Virus record (IMG/VR): IMGVR_UViG_3300034161_000018
Span: 1 to 64,000 of that record
Direction: 5' to 3' (one strand)
From: a virus
Lineage: Duplodnaviria > Caudoviricetes
DNA length: 64,000 nt
Position numbers and translations under genes: made by a program. A model generated the notes under the pieces. It ran no database searches and had not been told where the DNA came from. It saw only the letters and a list, made by a program, of their open reading frames with translations. Shown here piece by piece: positions 18,368 through 28,001 of the stretch (the first letter of the stretch is position 1; each line of letters begins with the position of its first letter).

Positions 18368-18633
18368 TGGAATTCCTTATTCATTTCGTCGAGTTCAGCC
18401 ATTGCGCGATTGTATTTCGCAATGTTGATGCCTTGAACCATCGTGACCGCTGGATAGAATGCAGCGAAAGCCACGACCATAAAAATACAATACAGCGTAG
18501 TCAGATATTCCAACGACCACGGCAAGGCGATTAAATGGAAGTAGGAACCGATTGCCCAAAGGGTCGGAGCCAGCCCGAGGCCGATGAACGCGAGTATAAA
18601 CAAAACTAGTTTCTCTAACTTGCGCCCTTCCAT
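18364..18633 (-). CDS. two-TM membrane protein
   Basis: Two hydrophobic helices. Confidence 0.8.
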   Translation of the reverse strand: MEGRKLEKLVLFILAFIGLGLAPTLWAIGSYFHLIALPWSLEYLTTLYCIFMVVAFAAFYPAVTMVQGINIAKYNRAMAELDEMNKEFQ

Positions 18634-19212
18634 TTACTTACCCTCCTTCCAGAACACAAAGCAGCCGCCGTCGAATGGTGAGTTATCCGGATTGCGATTT
18701 GGAATTTCAATCCAGACCTGTACGCAGCCCATCATTTCCCCGTAATCGCACATACCGCGTGCGTGCGGGTCATACGAATAATGGAATTCTTCGCGGGCGC
18801 GGCGATCACCAATGAAAGGCAGAATATGTTCCTGCCCAAGTACGACGTAATCAACGTCGAAATAGTTTACGTGAACCGCATCCCACAATTCAGTCGCATT
18901 GCGGAAACGCTCTTTGCGCGCAAAACCTTCTGGCGGTGTCATTGCCATCTGCGCGTTGATCGGCATTGCGTGCCATTCTTCCCGACCGAAGTTTTTAATC
19001 ATTCGGTAGAAGTCGCGGTGTTCAACTTCGTAAGCGGTGCCGTCCGGAATGTAATCGGCTTTGGTTTGTTTGCGCGAGTGGTACGCACGCCAGCCTCCCG
19101 GTTGCTCAGGGCCGTCCGGGTATTCGCGTTCCCAATGGTGGCGCGGGCCGGTTGCCCATTTGTACGGCGGGCGTTTATCCGGGCTTGTTTGGAATTTATG
19201 TTTCTCCGTCAT
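18634..19212 (-). CDS. hypothetical protein
   Basis: 192-aa ORF. Confidence 0.85.
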   Translation of the reverse strand: MTEKHKFQTSPDKRPPYKWATGPRHHWEREYPDGPEQPGGWRAYHSRKQTKADYIPDGTAYEVEHRDFYRMIKNFGREEWHAMPINAQMAMTPPEGFARKERFRNATELWDAVHVNYFDVDYVVLGQEHILPFIGDRRAREEFHYSYDPHARGMCDYGEMMGCVQVWIEIPNRNPDNSPFDGGCFVFWKEGK

Positions 19213-19478
19213 ACCTTAATTCCTTTTTGAAAGTAGCGAGCATGAACCCACATCGACGAAACCATGCCCAGTGCAGCGGCAGTGCCAGAAACAAACGCGT
19301 ACCAATAGTTTCCGTCGATTATGATTTTCGCATTCAGCCCGACCAGAAATACGTCAAACACGTTCATCGCGTAAGACGTGGCGGCTGTGCTCCAGTACAT
19401 ATTGTGGATTACGTTTTTGTGTTGGAACCCTTTCAGGAAGATGCTGATAAAGGTCACAACAAATGCTGTTGCAAACAT
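19209..19478 (-). CDS. multi-pass membrane protein, paralogue of 11355..11783
   Basis: FLKGFQHKNV motif; three TM segments. Confidence 0.8.
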   Translation of the reverse strand: MFATAFVVTFISIFLKGFQHKNVIHNMYWSTAATSYAMNVFDVFLVGLNAKIIIDGNYWYAFVSGTAAALGMVSSMWVHARYFQKGIKV

Positions 19479-19487
19479 TTCTGTTCC

Positions 19488-19703
19488 TTAGAAGTCGTCG
19501 TTAGCGATTTGCTTGAAGCGTTTTCGCATATGGGCAATTTGCAGAATCGCAAACGCCCCGTACACAAATACCACGACGTATGCGACCGCCAGTTCTTTCG
19601 TCGGTGCCCAAGATTCCCAACAGTGCGCCGGGCCGTGGAAAAACCAAAGGGATACTGCGACCATCGGGAGAAACACAAACAGAAAGAATTTGGTGTTGGA
19701 CAT
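19488..19703 (-). CDS. small two-TM protein
   Basis: 71 aa hydrophobic. Confidence 0.75.
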   Translation of the reverse strand: MSNTKFFLFVFLPMVAVSLWFFHGPAHCWESWAPTKELAVAYVVVFVYGAFAILQIAHMRKRFKQIANDDF

Positions 19704-20473
19704 TATAGTTCCGCGTTAATGCCGTGAGATTCAAGGAGTGCTTTGACTTCTTTCAGAAGTTCAAGGCGGGCCGCAACCACGCGCTTATCCGCACTGCCCA
19801 TAAAGTCGCCGGGCAGTTTCGGAACAGCAGGCGGTAGTTTGATGTTTACAGTGTTGGCGAGGTCGGGCTTTTCGCGCACCATTGCGGTGTAAACTTTGTC
19901 AGCCAGAACCCGGTAGTTAGTTCCAGACGGAATGAAAGTCCCAAACGCTTCAATTGTTTGGGCGCCTGCCGCTTTCATTTCGTCGGTCATGTGATATTTG
20001 TACGGCGCAGACCACGCGGCTTGAACCAGATTCTCGCTGGTGTCCGCAAGATGCTCAAGGTTTTGCTGGAGTTGGTAAACCTTTTCGTTGAAGTCGCCGA
20101 GGGATTGGCGCAGAAGGTTTTCCGCTTTCTTCTTTACCGCCGCCTCGAAGTCATTAAACTTCACACGCTCCAAACGTTCGGTCAGCATGCGGCCAGAGAA
20201 TTCGGAAATCATCGCTTCAAAAGTTGCGTGGATAATCCGAACGCCGTTCACGTCGATAGTGACCTGCATCGCTTCGGGATTCCAACCGGGAGTCGCCAGC
20301 ATTTCGGAGAACTGCGGTTCCGGAATGTAGCCAAGCATGATATGGGAAAGCCAATCGCCCTGCCCACCGTCCGGGCGGCGAATATCATTGAACTTGAGAG
20401 TTTCAAACATCGGTTCGTCGCCGTCTTTAACATCACGTTCAACGAAGTTTTTATTCTGTGCCATTTGTTTCAA
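19703..20473 (-). CDS. hypothetical protein
   Basis: 256-aa ORF. Confidence 0.85.
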   Translation of the reverse strand: MKQMAQNKNFVERDVKDGDEPMFETLKFNDIRRPDGGQGDWLSHIMLGYIPEPQFSEMLATPGWNPEAMQVTIDVNGVRIIHATFEAMISEFSGRMLTERLERVKFNDFEAAVKKKAENLLRQSLGDFNEKVYQLQQNLEHLADTSENLVQAAWSAPYKYHMTDEMKAAGAQTIEAFGTFIPSGTNYRVLADKVYTAMVREKPDLANTVNIKLPPAVPKLPGDFMGSADKRVVAARLELLKEVKALLESHGINAEL

Positions 20474-20490
20474 TTCCCTGTGAAAGTAAG

Positions 20491-20533
20491 CGCTACGGTT
20501 CCGACTGGTGTTAGGTGCGCCAGAACCGTAGCG
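20491..20533. terminator. intergenic hairpin, possible terminator
   Basis: Perfect 11-bp stem CGCTACGGTTC/GAACCGTAGCG. Confidence 0.5.
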
Positions 20534-20542
20534 GATTTCGTT

Positions 20543-20884
20543 TTACTCAGCAGCCGGTGTTGTGTGGCTGGTTCGTTTTCGGTGTCGTTGTGCCCTTACG
20601 TCAAAGGCTTTGTGAGAAGTACGTTTTGCGGTTTTGTGATCCCATGCCCATCGAGCAACATCACGCGGCATTAGCGATTTGAAATCCGCATTCTCAAAAG
20701 TGCCGTCGTCATGCAGCTTTAGTTTCATTGGAATGTTCACGCGGGCGTAGGGACTGGCGACAGCGGTTCGCACCGTGCAGACGGCATGTTTGCCGGTTTC
20801 TGTTTGGATGACCGGCCCCCGTGTTACAACAAATCGCGGGCCACCCAAAAAGAAAACAGTTTGTCCTGCCTTTGGAATTTCCAT
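20543..20884 (-). CDS. hypothetical protein
   Basis: 113-aa ORF. Confidence 0.8.
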   Translation of the reverse strand: MEIPKAGQTVFFLGGPRFVVTRGPVIQTETGKHAVCTVRTAVASPYARVNIPMKLKLHDDGTFENADFKSLMPRDVARWAWDHKTAKRTSHKAFDVRAQRHRKRTSHTTPAAE

Positions 20885-20896
20885 GTAACGCTCCGT

Positions 20897-21238
20897 TTAT
20901 TGTTTGGACGCATCGTCCTCGTGAGTAAAGGAGACTTCGATTTCCAAATTCAACGCCGGTTTATATTCACAACCACCGTCCAAGGTGCAGACGATTGACA
21001 ATCGCGGTTCACGGCCAACGATTGTAATATCGCCTTCCTCTTTCTCGAAGTCGCTGATTTCCTTTTGCAACCTTTCGTTTACATCTTGCAGCATGGTGTT
21101 CAGTTCAGCAGGAACAGCCATAATGCTCATTGGATGCGCTGGAGAAATGCCGCCCATAGTGGGAAGTTCCAACGCATCGAAAAACTCGTAGGCTTCAAAC
21201 GTCTTTTTGTAAACTGGTTGTTTAACGGCAATGTTCAT
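20897..21238 (-). CDS. hypothetical protein
   Basis: Start moved to MNIAVK (AAGGA RBS). Confidence 0.75.
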   Translation of the reverse strand: MNIAVKQPVYKKTFEAYEFFDALELPTMGGISPAHPMSIMAVPAELNTMLQDVNERLQKEISDFEKEEGDITIVGREPRLSIVCTLDGGCEYKPALNLEIEVSFTHEDDASKQ

Positions 21239-21246
21239 AAACGTCC

Positions 21247-21411
21247 TTATTTCTTTTCGGCACGCAACTGGTTGACAGTCATTGCGGTGTTGACGCGAAG
21301 GAAACCCGGAACCTGTTTCGCTTGCTTCAAACATTCCGCGTAGGTGGCGCCGGTACGCTCAACCGTCACTTTGCCTTTCTTCGTGACCAGTTCAAATTTT
21401 ACTTTCATCAT
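21247..21411 (-). CDS. small basic protein
   Basis: Hand-translated 54 aa MMKVKFELVTKKGKVTVERTG...; AAGGA RBS. Confidence 0.65.
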   Translation of the reverse strand: MMKVKFELVTKKGKVTVERTGATYAECLKQAKQVPGFLRVNTAMTVNQLRAEKK

Positions 21412-21754
21412 TGTCGTTTCCTTTTCGAGTCATGAGTTGAAGGCCAATGTCGTCGAGCGGGCCATCGTTGGTAAAACCGATTTGTTCGTACAGCAGAATA
21501 GCCCCGGTGTTATCCGGGTAAACCATTAGCGAGAATTCGCGGTCGGGGAATTCCGAAATAATGTGTTCCATCATTTGCCGACCGTGACCTTGGCGGCGCT
21601 GTTCATCGCACACAAACAAATCGTTTATGTGAGATTGATTGCTGCCCGCGTCATGCCAAACAGTGGCGCCGGAAACCCACGCGCCTTTGAAGTGCGTGTC
21701 GAAACGGTTTTCGTTTTCCGCCATCTTGCGGTTCTTTGTTTGGTAGTCGCTCAT
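21392..21754 (-). CDS. GNAT acetyltransferase
   Basis: LFVCDEQRRQGHG (motif A), LMVYPDNTGAILLYEQIGF (motif B). Confidence 0.9.
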   Translation of the reverse strand: MSDYQTKNRKMAENENRFDTHFKGAWVSGATVWHDAGSNQSHINDLFVCDEQRRQGHGRQMMEHIISEFPDREFSLMVYPDNTGAILLYEQIGFTNDGPLDDIGLQLMTRKGNDNDESKI

Positions 21755-21757
21755 GGT

Positions 21758-22744
21758 TCAGCCTTTCACAAACTTTTCTGCACGTTGGTGGAAGTCACGC
21801 ATACGCATGGTCACAACGAAACCGACTTTGCCGTTTTCCATTACGACGTGGAACTGCGCGTGTGCAAACCCTTCGCCCGAAAGCATAACGTCTTGTTGCG
21901 GGCGCTGCATCCGGATTTCTTTCAGCGAAACGAAACCAATGTGTTCCGGTTTGTCCGCTGGCTTGCCCGCCATTACGTGGCCTTCGTCAAACGTTACAAC
22001 CACGTCGAGGTCTTTGATAACTTTACCGAAGTCGAAAAGCGTTTTGTTTGAAAGCAACGCAAGGCTTCGGTTGACAGTCATTGCACTCGGCAGCATGTAA
22101 CAAACGGCACTGTCCGGAATCTCGACCAGTTCATGCGTACCGGCCAAACGAATCATATGCGACAGGCCGTTGAAATTGATTGTGCTGATCGGGCCAACAT
22201 AATCAAAACGCAAACCGGCTGGCATTGTCAGCGATTCACCTTTCGCCGTGGAGCAACCGCGTACAATCCCGCCGAGCGCGAAGCCATTGGAATGCAGCGT
22301 GCGCAATTCGTAAGCGGCTTTCGTTGCGTCTGCCGTCGCTGCCAACAGCATGTCGGCGTGATCGGTAACTTTCAATTGAGGCAACATGAAACCTAGCGGC
22401 GAAAAGAATTCTTCAACCGTGCTTTCAACTGTTTGCAGGTAGGAGAACCCGTGCGCGTAACGCATCTGATTCATCACGTCGGAATCCAAATCACCACGGC
22501 TGGCAATCTTCAAACTTTCCGATTCGCCGTAGCACTTGTACCCGCCCAATGCGCTATCAACGAAACCGGCACCCACGCATTGAATGTCGCCGAAGTCGCG
22601 GTCGTCGTCACGCGCCAGATTGTGATAAACCGCTTCGTACATATCGCTGTGTACCAGAACTTTCGAGAACGTGACCGGAATCAAAACAGTCATGTCGTCT
22701 TCGTTGCGTTTGCACAGACGGGCTTGCACCATAATGTATTTCAT
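21758..22744 (-). CDS. multi-domain hypothetical protein
   Basis: 328 aa; N-terminal ~95 aa resemble 3959..4237. Confidence 0.85.
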   Translation of the reverse strand: MKYIMVQARLCKRNEDDMTVLIPVTFSKVLVHSDMYEAVYHNLARDDDRDFGDIQCVGAGFVDSALGGYKCYGESESLKIASRGDLDSDVMNQMRYAHGFSYLQTVESTVEEFFSPLGFMLPQLKVTDHADMLLAATADATKAAYELRTLHSNGFALGGIVRGCSTAKGESLTMPAGLRFDYVGPISTINFNGLSHMIRLAGTHELVEIPDSAVCYMLPSAMTVNRSLALLSNKTLFDFGKVIKDLDVVVTFDEGHVMAGKPADKPEHIGFVSLKEIRMQRPQQDVMLSGEGFAHAQFHVVMENGKVGFVVTMRMRDFHQRAEKFVKG

Positions 22745-23316
22745 TTCAGTTCCTTCAAATCTTTGGCGAGGTTAGAAAGTGTGTCGAGTCGGGATTTCGA
22801 CATTCGCATTGTGATAGGCCGACCATTGTTTTCCGGATTGTTTGGGTCTTCGATTACGCGGGCCTGCACAAAAACTTGCATGTCCACGCTTGCCCGACAG
22901 GAACCGCTGATCCCACTGAGGAAATCCGGTTCTTTGTACTCGCCCGGTTCCGGCGCCTTTGCCGTGATAATGTGAATCGGTGGAAGTTTGCGCGGCAGCA
23001 TGCGAACCATTGGACTGCGCCGTTTCGCTTTCTTCTTGTCGTAATGCCAGTACCGTTTGAAAATCGCTTCATTTCGGAATGGGTTGTCGATCAACCAATC
23101 AACCGAAAAGTTTATGAGCGTTCCATCCTGTTTGAACTCAATGCTACACCGCTCGCCTTTGAACCAGCAATCGGAAAACTGTTTGTCACCTTTGCGGTTC
23201 GCACGAATGATTTGAATCGGCGTACCGTTGTGGTCGTAAACGGTGTGTCCAGCTTTCGGCAGTACCAGCGGTTTGTACTGGATTCGTTTCTGGAATTTCA
23301 CGTAGCGCTGTTTCAT
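22741..23316 (-). CDS. hypothetical basic protein
   Basis: 191-aa ORF, ATGA overlaps. Confidence 0.8.
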   Translation of the reverse strand: MKQRYVKFQKRIQYKPLVLPKAGHTVYDHNGTPIQIIRANRKGDKQFSDCWFKGERCSIEFKQDGTLINFSVDWLIDNPFRNEAIFKRYWHYDKKKAKRRSPMVRMLPRKLPPIHIITAKAPEPGEYKEPDFLSGISGSCRASVDMQVFVQARVIEDPNNPENNGRPITMRMSKSRLDTLSNLAKDLKELK

Positions 23317-24116
23317 AATTGCTGAATCCGTTGGAATTCGTGGTGGTACATCATCAGTGGCATGACCAATGCTTTCACCGGCCCGCCGTGCATGTTTTCC
23401 CCGAGTGGGCGAATGTCACCGACCGGGCAAATGTTTGCACAACGTTTGGCAATCTGGCCCAGCGCTTCATATGCTTTGCACAAAGAGATTGCGTACTCCC
23501 CGCGATACAGGTCAGCGTCACCGCGAATTTCCAACACGACGAAAACGTTTTGTTGGTAGTCTTTGCCAGCAGGGCCGATACCGTTCGCCATAAACAATTT
23601 GCTGAACGTGTAGCCGACCGGGTAATACTTGTCGAATTCAAGCACGATGCCGAGGTTGAAATGCTCGTTGGCTTCCAGCACAAACTTCGGCAATTGCGAC
23701 CGGTTGTAATGCGGGGCGACGATTTGTTTCACGCTGGTGATGTTGTGTTCAACAACCGATTCGTGGTCGTAAACACTTTCGACCGTCAGCAGTTTGTCTT
23801 CGCGCCGCGCTGCCCGATGTTTGTTTAACTGGTAACGGAAATTGGAAAGCGCATGCTGTTCGTCGCCCAACACATTCAGCGCATTGTTCACCGGGCCAAT
23901 GACGGAATTGCGCAAACGTTCGATTGCAAGACGGGCGTTCGACAAATGTTCGTGCGTGCAATTCATCGCCAACATCCAACCAGCATACGCGGCTTCACGA
24001 ACAGAGGCGTCTTCAAAATTCAGTTCCTGAGCGGCGCCGTAATCGTGGCCTTCGGGGATAGCCATTTCGTCGTTGTAAACACTCTCGAAAAAATCACGTC
24101 CGGACAAATCGTTCAT
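23313..24116 (-). CDS. hypothetical protein
   Basis: Start moved to MNDLSG (ATGA overlap). Confidence 0.85.
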   Translation of the reverse strand: MNDLSGRDFFESVYNDEMAIPEGHDYGAAQELNFEDASVREAAYAGWMLAMNCTHEHLSNARLAIERLRNSVIGPVNNALNVLGDEQHALSNFRYQLNKHRAARREDKLLTVESVYDHESVVEHNITSVKQIVAPHYNRSQLPKFVLEANEHFNLGIVLEFDKYYPVGYTFSKLFMANGIGPAGKDYQQNVFVVLEIRGDADLYRGEYAISLCKAYEALGQIAKRCANICPVGDIRPLGENMHGGPVKALVMPLMMYHHEFQRIQQL

Positions 24117-24925
24117 TTGAATGCTGCCTCGTTGTATTCCAGTTCGTTGAGTGCTTGCGCGCACCAGTGTTGCAACAGCGTGTGTTGCACGTTTGCGAAT
24201 GCGTAAAACGTTTCGTCAATCGGGCGCGGCGGGCGGTTCTGCATCCGCAACCCAATCGTGTGATATGCAAAATGCACAACCTTCTGAAACAGTTCGCCTT
24301 CTTTGAACTTCGCGTAATCACCGGCGCCCATATTGCGAAGGCTGGTCAGCACGGCGTATTCGTCGTCAGGGAAATCTGCCGGACGAATCGAATTCATATC
24401 GGTATGCAGTTTCGAGCCGCCGTAAACTTGTTGGGCCATGCAGGCGAAACGGATCATGTACTGCAAATCTTTCGACGTGATTGATTCGATTGGATCGACT
24501 TCGGAATTCTTGAGCAGAATCTTTTTCGTGTGGCCGCACAGCGAGTCAAACAAAACACCCGGCGCGTAGTAGTGATCGACCGCCAGCTTCATCAGCTTGT
24601 AGGTTTGTTCGTCTTGCGCGTAACGCAAAGGACTGTAGAGCATTTCGTACATTCCGAGATTGGAATTGCACGCCAACGCAAACGCCCGACGAATATCGTA
24701 GCCTCGGAAATCCACGCCTTCAAACTTTGTGTAATGGATATTGTTGGAGGTATCTTCCAACTTTTTCATCCACGGCAACTGGTGGTAGATGAATGCAATA
24801 TCGTTGTCGCTGCTTTTCGTGGCTAAGCCCCACGCCCGGCTGCTACTTTCGGTCAGCATGAGAATGCGAATGCCGTAGATGCGTTCAAGTTCAGCAACCA
24901 AGCCTTCTAGTTTTTCGCGATTCAT
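24113..24925 (-). CDS. Pol-beta-superfamily nucleotidyltransferase (RlaP/YcgL-like)
   Basis: ILMLTESSSRAWGLATKSSDNDIAFIY, GYDIRR, SNLGMYEMLYSP. Confidence 0.85.
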   Translation of the reverse strand: MNREKLEGLVAELERIYGIRILMLTESSSRAWGLATKSSDNDIAFIYHQLPWMKKLEDTSNNIHYTKFEGVDFRGYDIRRAFALACNSNLGMYEMLYSPLRYAQDEQTYKLMKLAVDHYYAPGVLFDSLCGHTKKILLKNSEVDPIESITSKDLQYMIRFACMAQQVYGGSKLHTDMNSIRPADFPDDEYAVLTSLRNMGAGDYAKFKEGELFQKVVHFAYHTIGLRMQNRPPRPIDETFYAFANVQHTLLQHWCAQALNELEYNEAAFK

Positions 24926-24952
24926 TTGTGGCTTCCCTTTTCAGTTTTCTAG

Positions 24953-25219
24953 TTATGCGAGTGTGTTACGCAAACGGCAAAGTTTGGTGCGTGCGTCTTT
25001 GATTTGCCCTTTGTACATCAGGGTAATCGCCTGTTCCAGTTCCGGCAGAATCAGCGCCTGCTTTTCTTTGGCAGTGCGCAGGCTTTCCAGTTCCTTTTCG
25101 TTTTTCTGGTTGTCGCGTTGGTGGCGGATAACCGAGGCCAGTGCGCAAAGCGCGAGAACCACAATGATTAACCAAGGCATGATTGGACTACTTCCTAGAC
25201 GTTCGATTGATTGGATCAT
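24953..25219 (-). CDS. TM plus coiled-coil small protein
   Basis: 88 aa. Confidence 0.75.
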   Translation of the reverse strand: MIQSIERLGSSPIMPWLIIVVLALCALASVIRHQRDNQKNEKELESLRTAKEKQALILPELEQAITLMYKGQIKDARTKLCRLRNTLA

Positions 25220-25464
25220 TTCGTTTTGCTCAAAATGTTTGGATCGTTTAGTTCGGCGCGATACTTCACAACCAAGGCCCGCGCTTTCTTTACATCATGG
25301 TCGTTCAACGCTTCCATGATTGCGTCGTACTGCGGATTGAAACCGGCGCGCATTCCATCCAGCACAATCTTTTTCAGTTTCTGTTTATCAACTTCGCCGC
25401 CAGCAAACAAGCTGTAGACCAGATAAGCAACGAACGCCCACAACAGGAATTCCCAAAAGCTCAT
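25216..25464 (-). CDS. small membrane-anchored protein
   Basis: 82 aa, N-terminal TM. Confidence 0.75.
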   Translation of the reverse strand: MSFWEFLLWAFVAYLVYSLFAGGEVDKQKLKKIVLDGMRAGFNPQYDAIMEALNDHDVKKARALVVKYRAELNDPNILSKTK

Positions 25465-25467
25465 GAC

Positions 25468-25776
25468 TTACCCCGTATGCAAAATGTATGTGCGCAGACA
25501 CAGATAGGCGCCAGTCTTTCCGGGCTTGCTATCAATCCACAAATAGTTTGTACGCTCGCCGCATTCGCGTGCATTCTGTTTGTCGAGAAAGGCTGTGATG
25601 CGCTTTTCAATGTTTGCGTTTCCGCGTGCAATGATTGGCGCCAGTTCCGAGTCGAGGCACGCAAGCGAGCGCGGCATTGGCCCGCCGTGAATGTCTTTGT
25701 CCGGCCCGCTAATCCGGTAAGACTGATTGAAGCATTTGTATTCTTTGCGCGGGAACTTCAAGATTTGAGCGGTCAT
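25468..25776 (-). CDS. hypothetical protein
   Basis: Start moved to MTAQIL. Confidence 0.7.
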   Translation of the reverse strand: MTAQILKFPRKEYKCFNQSYRISGPDKDIHGGPMPRSLACLDSELAPIIARGNANIEKRITAFLDKQNARECGERTNYLWIDSKPGKTGAYLCLRTYILHTG

Positions 25777-25777
25777 A

Positions 25778-26464
25778 TCATTCGCCCCGCTTTTTCCAGT
25801 AACGTTTGAAGTCCATGTTTGCAATGGTCGGATCGGTGTGTAACCAATCCCACTGCACCGAAACAAAACGATTGCTCATTGTCTCGGCGTCCGCTTCCGA
25901 AATACCTCCGTACAGCGCGGACGTGAAAACGTATTGGCTGCACAACCAGTTCAACCAAAGCTGATCTTTTTGTTGATTCACCGCTGGCGTTTTGTAATTC
26001 GATTCGGTGCTACGGTTGAATCCGACACGCAACCCGAGTTGTTCCCACATCGGGGCCGCAAACATTCGGGAGCGGTATTCATCCTCGCCGTATGTGAATT
26101 GGCTGGAGCAGTTATTGAATTCCGGAAACCCGCGCAGCCTGCCGCGAATTGTTTGCGCAATACCGAAGGCCATAATGCCGACCGTGGCGCCGAGTTTCAG
26201 ATTGGAATCATTCCATTGCGGATTTTTGAAAACACGTTCGACCGCTGCATCGCACTGGGCTAGCCGGTCAAGGTCGAGGTGGTGTTGATGGTCGGGAATC
26301 AACGCCTGAATTGCTTTCAACAACATGAGGCCAAACGAATGAACCGCCGTGTGAGTTTCGTCGAGCAGCGAAGCGAATTCCGAAACAGTGGTTTTCATTT
26401 CGGTCAGCTTTGCGTCAGTCACGCCCGGCCATACAACCGATTTACCGTTCTGTTTAGTTGTCAT
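25778..26464 (-). CDS. hypothetical protein
   Basis: Start moved to MTTKQN. Confidence 0.85.
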   Translation of the reverse strand: MTTKQNGKSVVWPGVTDAKLTEMKTTVSEFASLLDETHTAVHSFGLMLLKAIQALIPDHQHHLDLDRLAQCDAAVERVFKNPQWNDSNLKLGATVGIMAFGIAQTIRGRLRGFPEFNNCSSQFTYGEDEYRSRMFAAPMWEQLGLRVGFNRSTESNYKTPAVNQQKDQLWLNWLCSQYVFTSALYGGISEADAETMSNRFVSVQWDWLHTDPTIANMDFKRYWKKRGE

Positions 26465-27017
26465 GAGGAAGCCCCTTTTCGTTACCTGCAAAAAGAATGT
26501 CGTTGAAAATGGAGTCGAGTTCTTCGACGGAAAGGAATTCTTTCAGCGCCAGACGGAAACCGAGAACCATGTCGAAGGATTCGGTGGCGCCATGTACGTG
26601 CGGCTTTGGAATCGTTGCTTTGAAAGCGAGCAGTACCATTTTCAAATGCAGCAAAGCATTCCGTCGCGGGTGCCCGTCAGCAACGGGAATCACAATACCG
26701 AACGGCAACATTTCATTCGGCAAAATAGTTTGGTACGTTGGAACGTTTGAATCCTGCGCCCGCATGCGATCCATATCAGCATCCGACAGGCCCATGAGTT
26801 TGCCTTGCATGCGCAGTTCATCGCTGATCGGTTCGACGATAGGCGCAAACTTTTTCAGTTCGGAAACAACCGGCGCAAACAAACCGAGTGCCGTGTAAAC
26901 CTGCGCGACGTAGAAAGCATCCCCGCTTACCGAAAGACGGCGCGTGTCTACCGTCTGAACTTGTTTGCCGAGTGCTTCCAGTTGGTCGATTGTGTAACCT
27001 TCGATTTTGAATTCCAT
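26454..27017 (-). CDS. hypothetical protein
   Basis: 187-aa ORF. Confidence 0.85.
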   Translation of the reverse strand: MEFKIEGYTIDQLEALGKQVQTVDTRRLSVSGDAFYVAQVYTALGLFAPVVSELKKFAPIVEPISDELRMQGKLMGLSDADMDRMRAQDSNVPTYQTILPNEMLPFGIVIPVADGHPRRNALLHLKMVLLAFKATIPKPHVHGATESFDMVLGFRLALKEFLSVEELDSIFNDILFAGNEKGLPHDN

Positions 27018-27325
27018 TACTGCGGTTCCTTTTGCTCAGGGTTGTAGGGTTTGACGTGCCAAGAAAAAACGCCGCCCCAGTAAAACATATCGTTGCTGCA
27101 ATTCAGCGGGACGCAACCCAGCCACGAAACGAATTCGCGCCACATTGCTTTTGGAAGATTCCGCCATTTGATTTCGTCGAAAGCGTCGTGCCTAAACATT
27201 GCGTAAACAAACAGCAGGTGCCAACTGACCACGGCAGCGAACGCATGCAGAATCGGCCAGATGAAAGGGCGCCAGCAAACCAGAACCAAAACAAGCAACA
27301 TTACTTGCGTGGTTGAGAAATTCAT
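27017..27325 (-). CDS. membrane protein, tandem paralogue of 27322..27954
   Basis: Trp-rich; shares SxHxLxxYA and FxWxGxFxW patterns. Confidence 0.8.
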   Translation of the reverse strand: MNFSTTQVMLLVLVLVCWRPFIWPILHAFAAVVSWHLLFVYAMFRHDAFDEIKWRNLPKAMWREFVSWLGCVPLNCSNDMFYWGGVFSWHVKPYNPEQKEPQ

Positions 27326-27954
27326 TTGTTTGTGTCCTTGGGAATAATTGGTTCGTGGAGTTTACGCAACAGCGCATCATCCGGGTGTTCGTTTGGGTGT
27401 TTGTCGAAGCACGAATAGTTTAGATCGGCTTCATCGCGTCTATCGGATTCGCGCATTTCGGCCATAGTCAACTTTGCGTAATCTTCGTCGTCCGGCCATT
27501 CATCGTCGTCAGACAAATCATCCGACTCAGGAACTGGATCAACAGTTGGTTCGGTTTTGAAACTTTGGGCAACCAGTGTCCAAGTGAACGGCCCGCGCCA
27601 GATAAAGTATTGGCTGCGAATCGTTGTGCCTTTGTAACCGGCGAACGTGAAGTCCAACCAGCGCGAAAGCAAATACGGAATCAACATCCACCAGCGGATT
27701 TTGTTTAGACGTTTGAATTTGTACGCCGCGTAAATGGTCAGGGCGTGCAGAGAGATTGCGCAGACCAAACCGACCAACAGCGCCCAAACAATTTTGACGC
27801 CCGGTTTCAGCACTTGATAATAGAGCCAGAAGCCGAAAAGGTTTACGCTCACAAACAGCGCCAGCTTTTGCAGCGGAGTTTCGATATTGATTGTTTGGTG
27901 AATCGGTGGGAGCCATGCGGTCAAGACTTCTAACAGCCAGTTTACGAATTCCAT
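27322..27954 (-). CDS. membrane protein with acidic C-terminal tail
   Basis: TM segments then DDLSDDDEWPDDED. Confidence 0.85.
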   Translation of the reverse strand: MEFVNWLLEVLTAWLPPIHQTINIETPLQKLALFVSVNLFGFWLYYQVLKPGVKIVWALLVGLVCAISLHALTIYAAYKFKRLNKIRWWMLIPYLLSRWLDFTFAGYKGTTIRSQYFIWRGPFTWTLVAQSFKTEPTVDPVPESDDLSDDDEWPDDEDYAKLTMAEMRESDRRDEADLNYSCFDKHPNEHPDDALLRKLHEPIIPKDTNK

Positions 27955-27970
27955 AAAATATCCCCGAATG

Positions 27971-27995
27971 AAAACGGCGCCCGTTGTGGACGCCG
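27971..27995 (-). terminator. intrinsic terminator
   Basis: CGGCGTCC-ACAAC-GGGCGCCG-TTTT. Confidence 0.7.
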
Positions 27996-28001
27996 ATTAT
28001 G

